Assembly (NCBI GenBank): GCA_039096225.1
Contig: JBBPEB010000014.1
Coordinates: 310,001-374,000, forward strand
Direction of reading: 5' to 3'
Length of the DNA: 64,000 nucleotides
From: Blastocystis sp. Blastoise
Lineage: Eukaryota > Protista > Bigyra: Opalinata
Under the pieces are notes generated by a model that saw nothing but the letters and a program-made list of their open reading frames with translations, had not been told where the DNA came from and made no database searches. The translations under genes were made by a program, and so were the position numbers. Shown piece by piece: positions 63,513 to 64,000 of this stretch. Numbering within the stretch: the first letter of the stretch is position 1; every line of letters begins with the position of its first letter.

Positions 63513-63681
63513 TATATATAGGTCAATACAGAATGTTGGAGTGAAGCTTCCATTAAGAAATGGCTCTCAGATAAGCATTTCACAGAACAACAAGGGCTAT
63601 TTTATCTTTACAATTATACATATCAAGTATTTATTTTCATTATATACATTGTATACTAATATTATTCTAATTATATTTTTA

Positions 63682-63715
<34 letters not shown>

Positions 63716-64000
63716 TCTTCATTAACATTTGTATTTTTTTATCATTATATTTAAATAGATACTTAAATCCAATAAACGAAGTCCAATCATTTGGGATACG
63801 TTATATAACTATTTAGCAGCCAATCAAATATGGTCTGATGTCACTGTACAGACTTATGCAGATACTGACAAAGTTCAAGTATTTATTTTTATTATTATTA
63901 TCTATTATATATTATCTATAATATTTATCATTATCTTTATTTTTATTTTTAATTTAATTATTATTATTATTTACTAATTGGAATATTTATAGAATATTTT
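61645..64000 (+). CDS. GH20 hexosaminidase-like protein with degenerate active site (partial, runs off window end)
   Basis: Signal peptide, LWPYPNS, TVFGAYYALNTLSQL, DSPLYK/HRGILLDTGSHYFP, NTFHWVISNKES, RGVRLVPEF, YIHIGGSN/VNTECW, PIIWD. Confidence 0.88.

Overview
Very AT-rich, gene-dense, intron-rich eukaryotic nuclear DNA read with the standard genetic code (TAA, TAG and TGA all end genes). It is probably from a protist; a Blastocystis/opalinate-like stramenopile is my inference from gene style and TGTTTGTT-type downstream elements, not proven. I reconstructed 19 genes by hand-splicing GT-AG introns. In order: DRAM/Frag1-like (partial), ALY/REF, R3H+G-patch, RAD51D, IPK1, DIPP-type Nudix, ERGIC-53/VIP36-like lectin, a hypothetical, DNAJC2/zuotin, GDA1/CD39 apyrase, FAN1, a giant DENN-domain protein, an intronless DUF697-like protein, GH20 hexosaminidase, an intronless Pro/Asn-repeat protein, M14 carboxypeptidase, a HIRIP3-like histone chaperone, an ACC-synthase-like aminotransferase and a second GH20 (partial). 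Most short ORFs in the supplied track are artefacts of intronic microsatellites. The most unusual observations are: (1) FAN1 with ~676 aa inserted between the PD and ExK catalytic motifs, plus a C-terminal PIP box; (2) a GH20 pseudoenzyme (HxGGDE to HIGGSN) with an inserted domain; (3) several introns that restore conserved protein only with non-GT/AG ends (GT-AA, GT-AT, TT-AG), and introns made purely of microsatellite; (4) a very large His-rich repeat region in the DENN protein; (5) IPK1 next to a DIPP Nudix gene; (6) an LGT-like DUF697 gene; (7) a GC-rich structured island upstream of the ACS-like gene. All exon boundaries are manual and unverified by transcript data.
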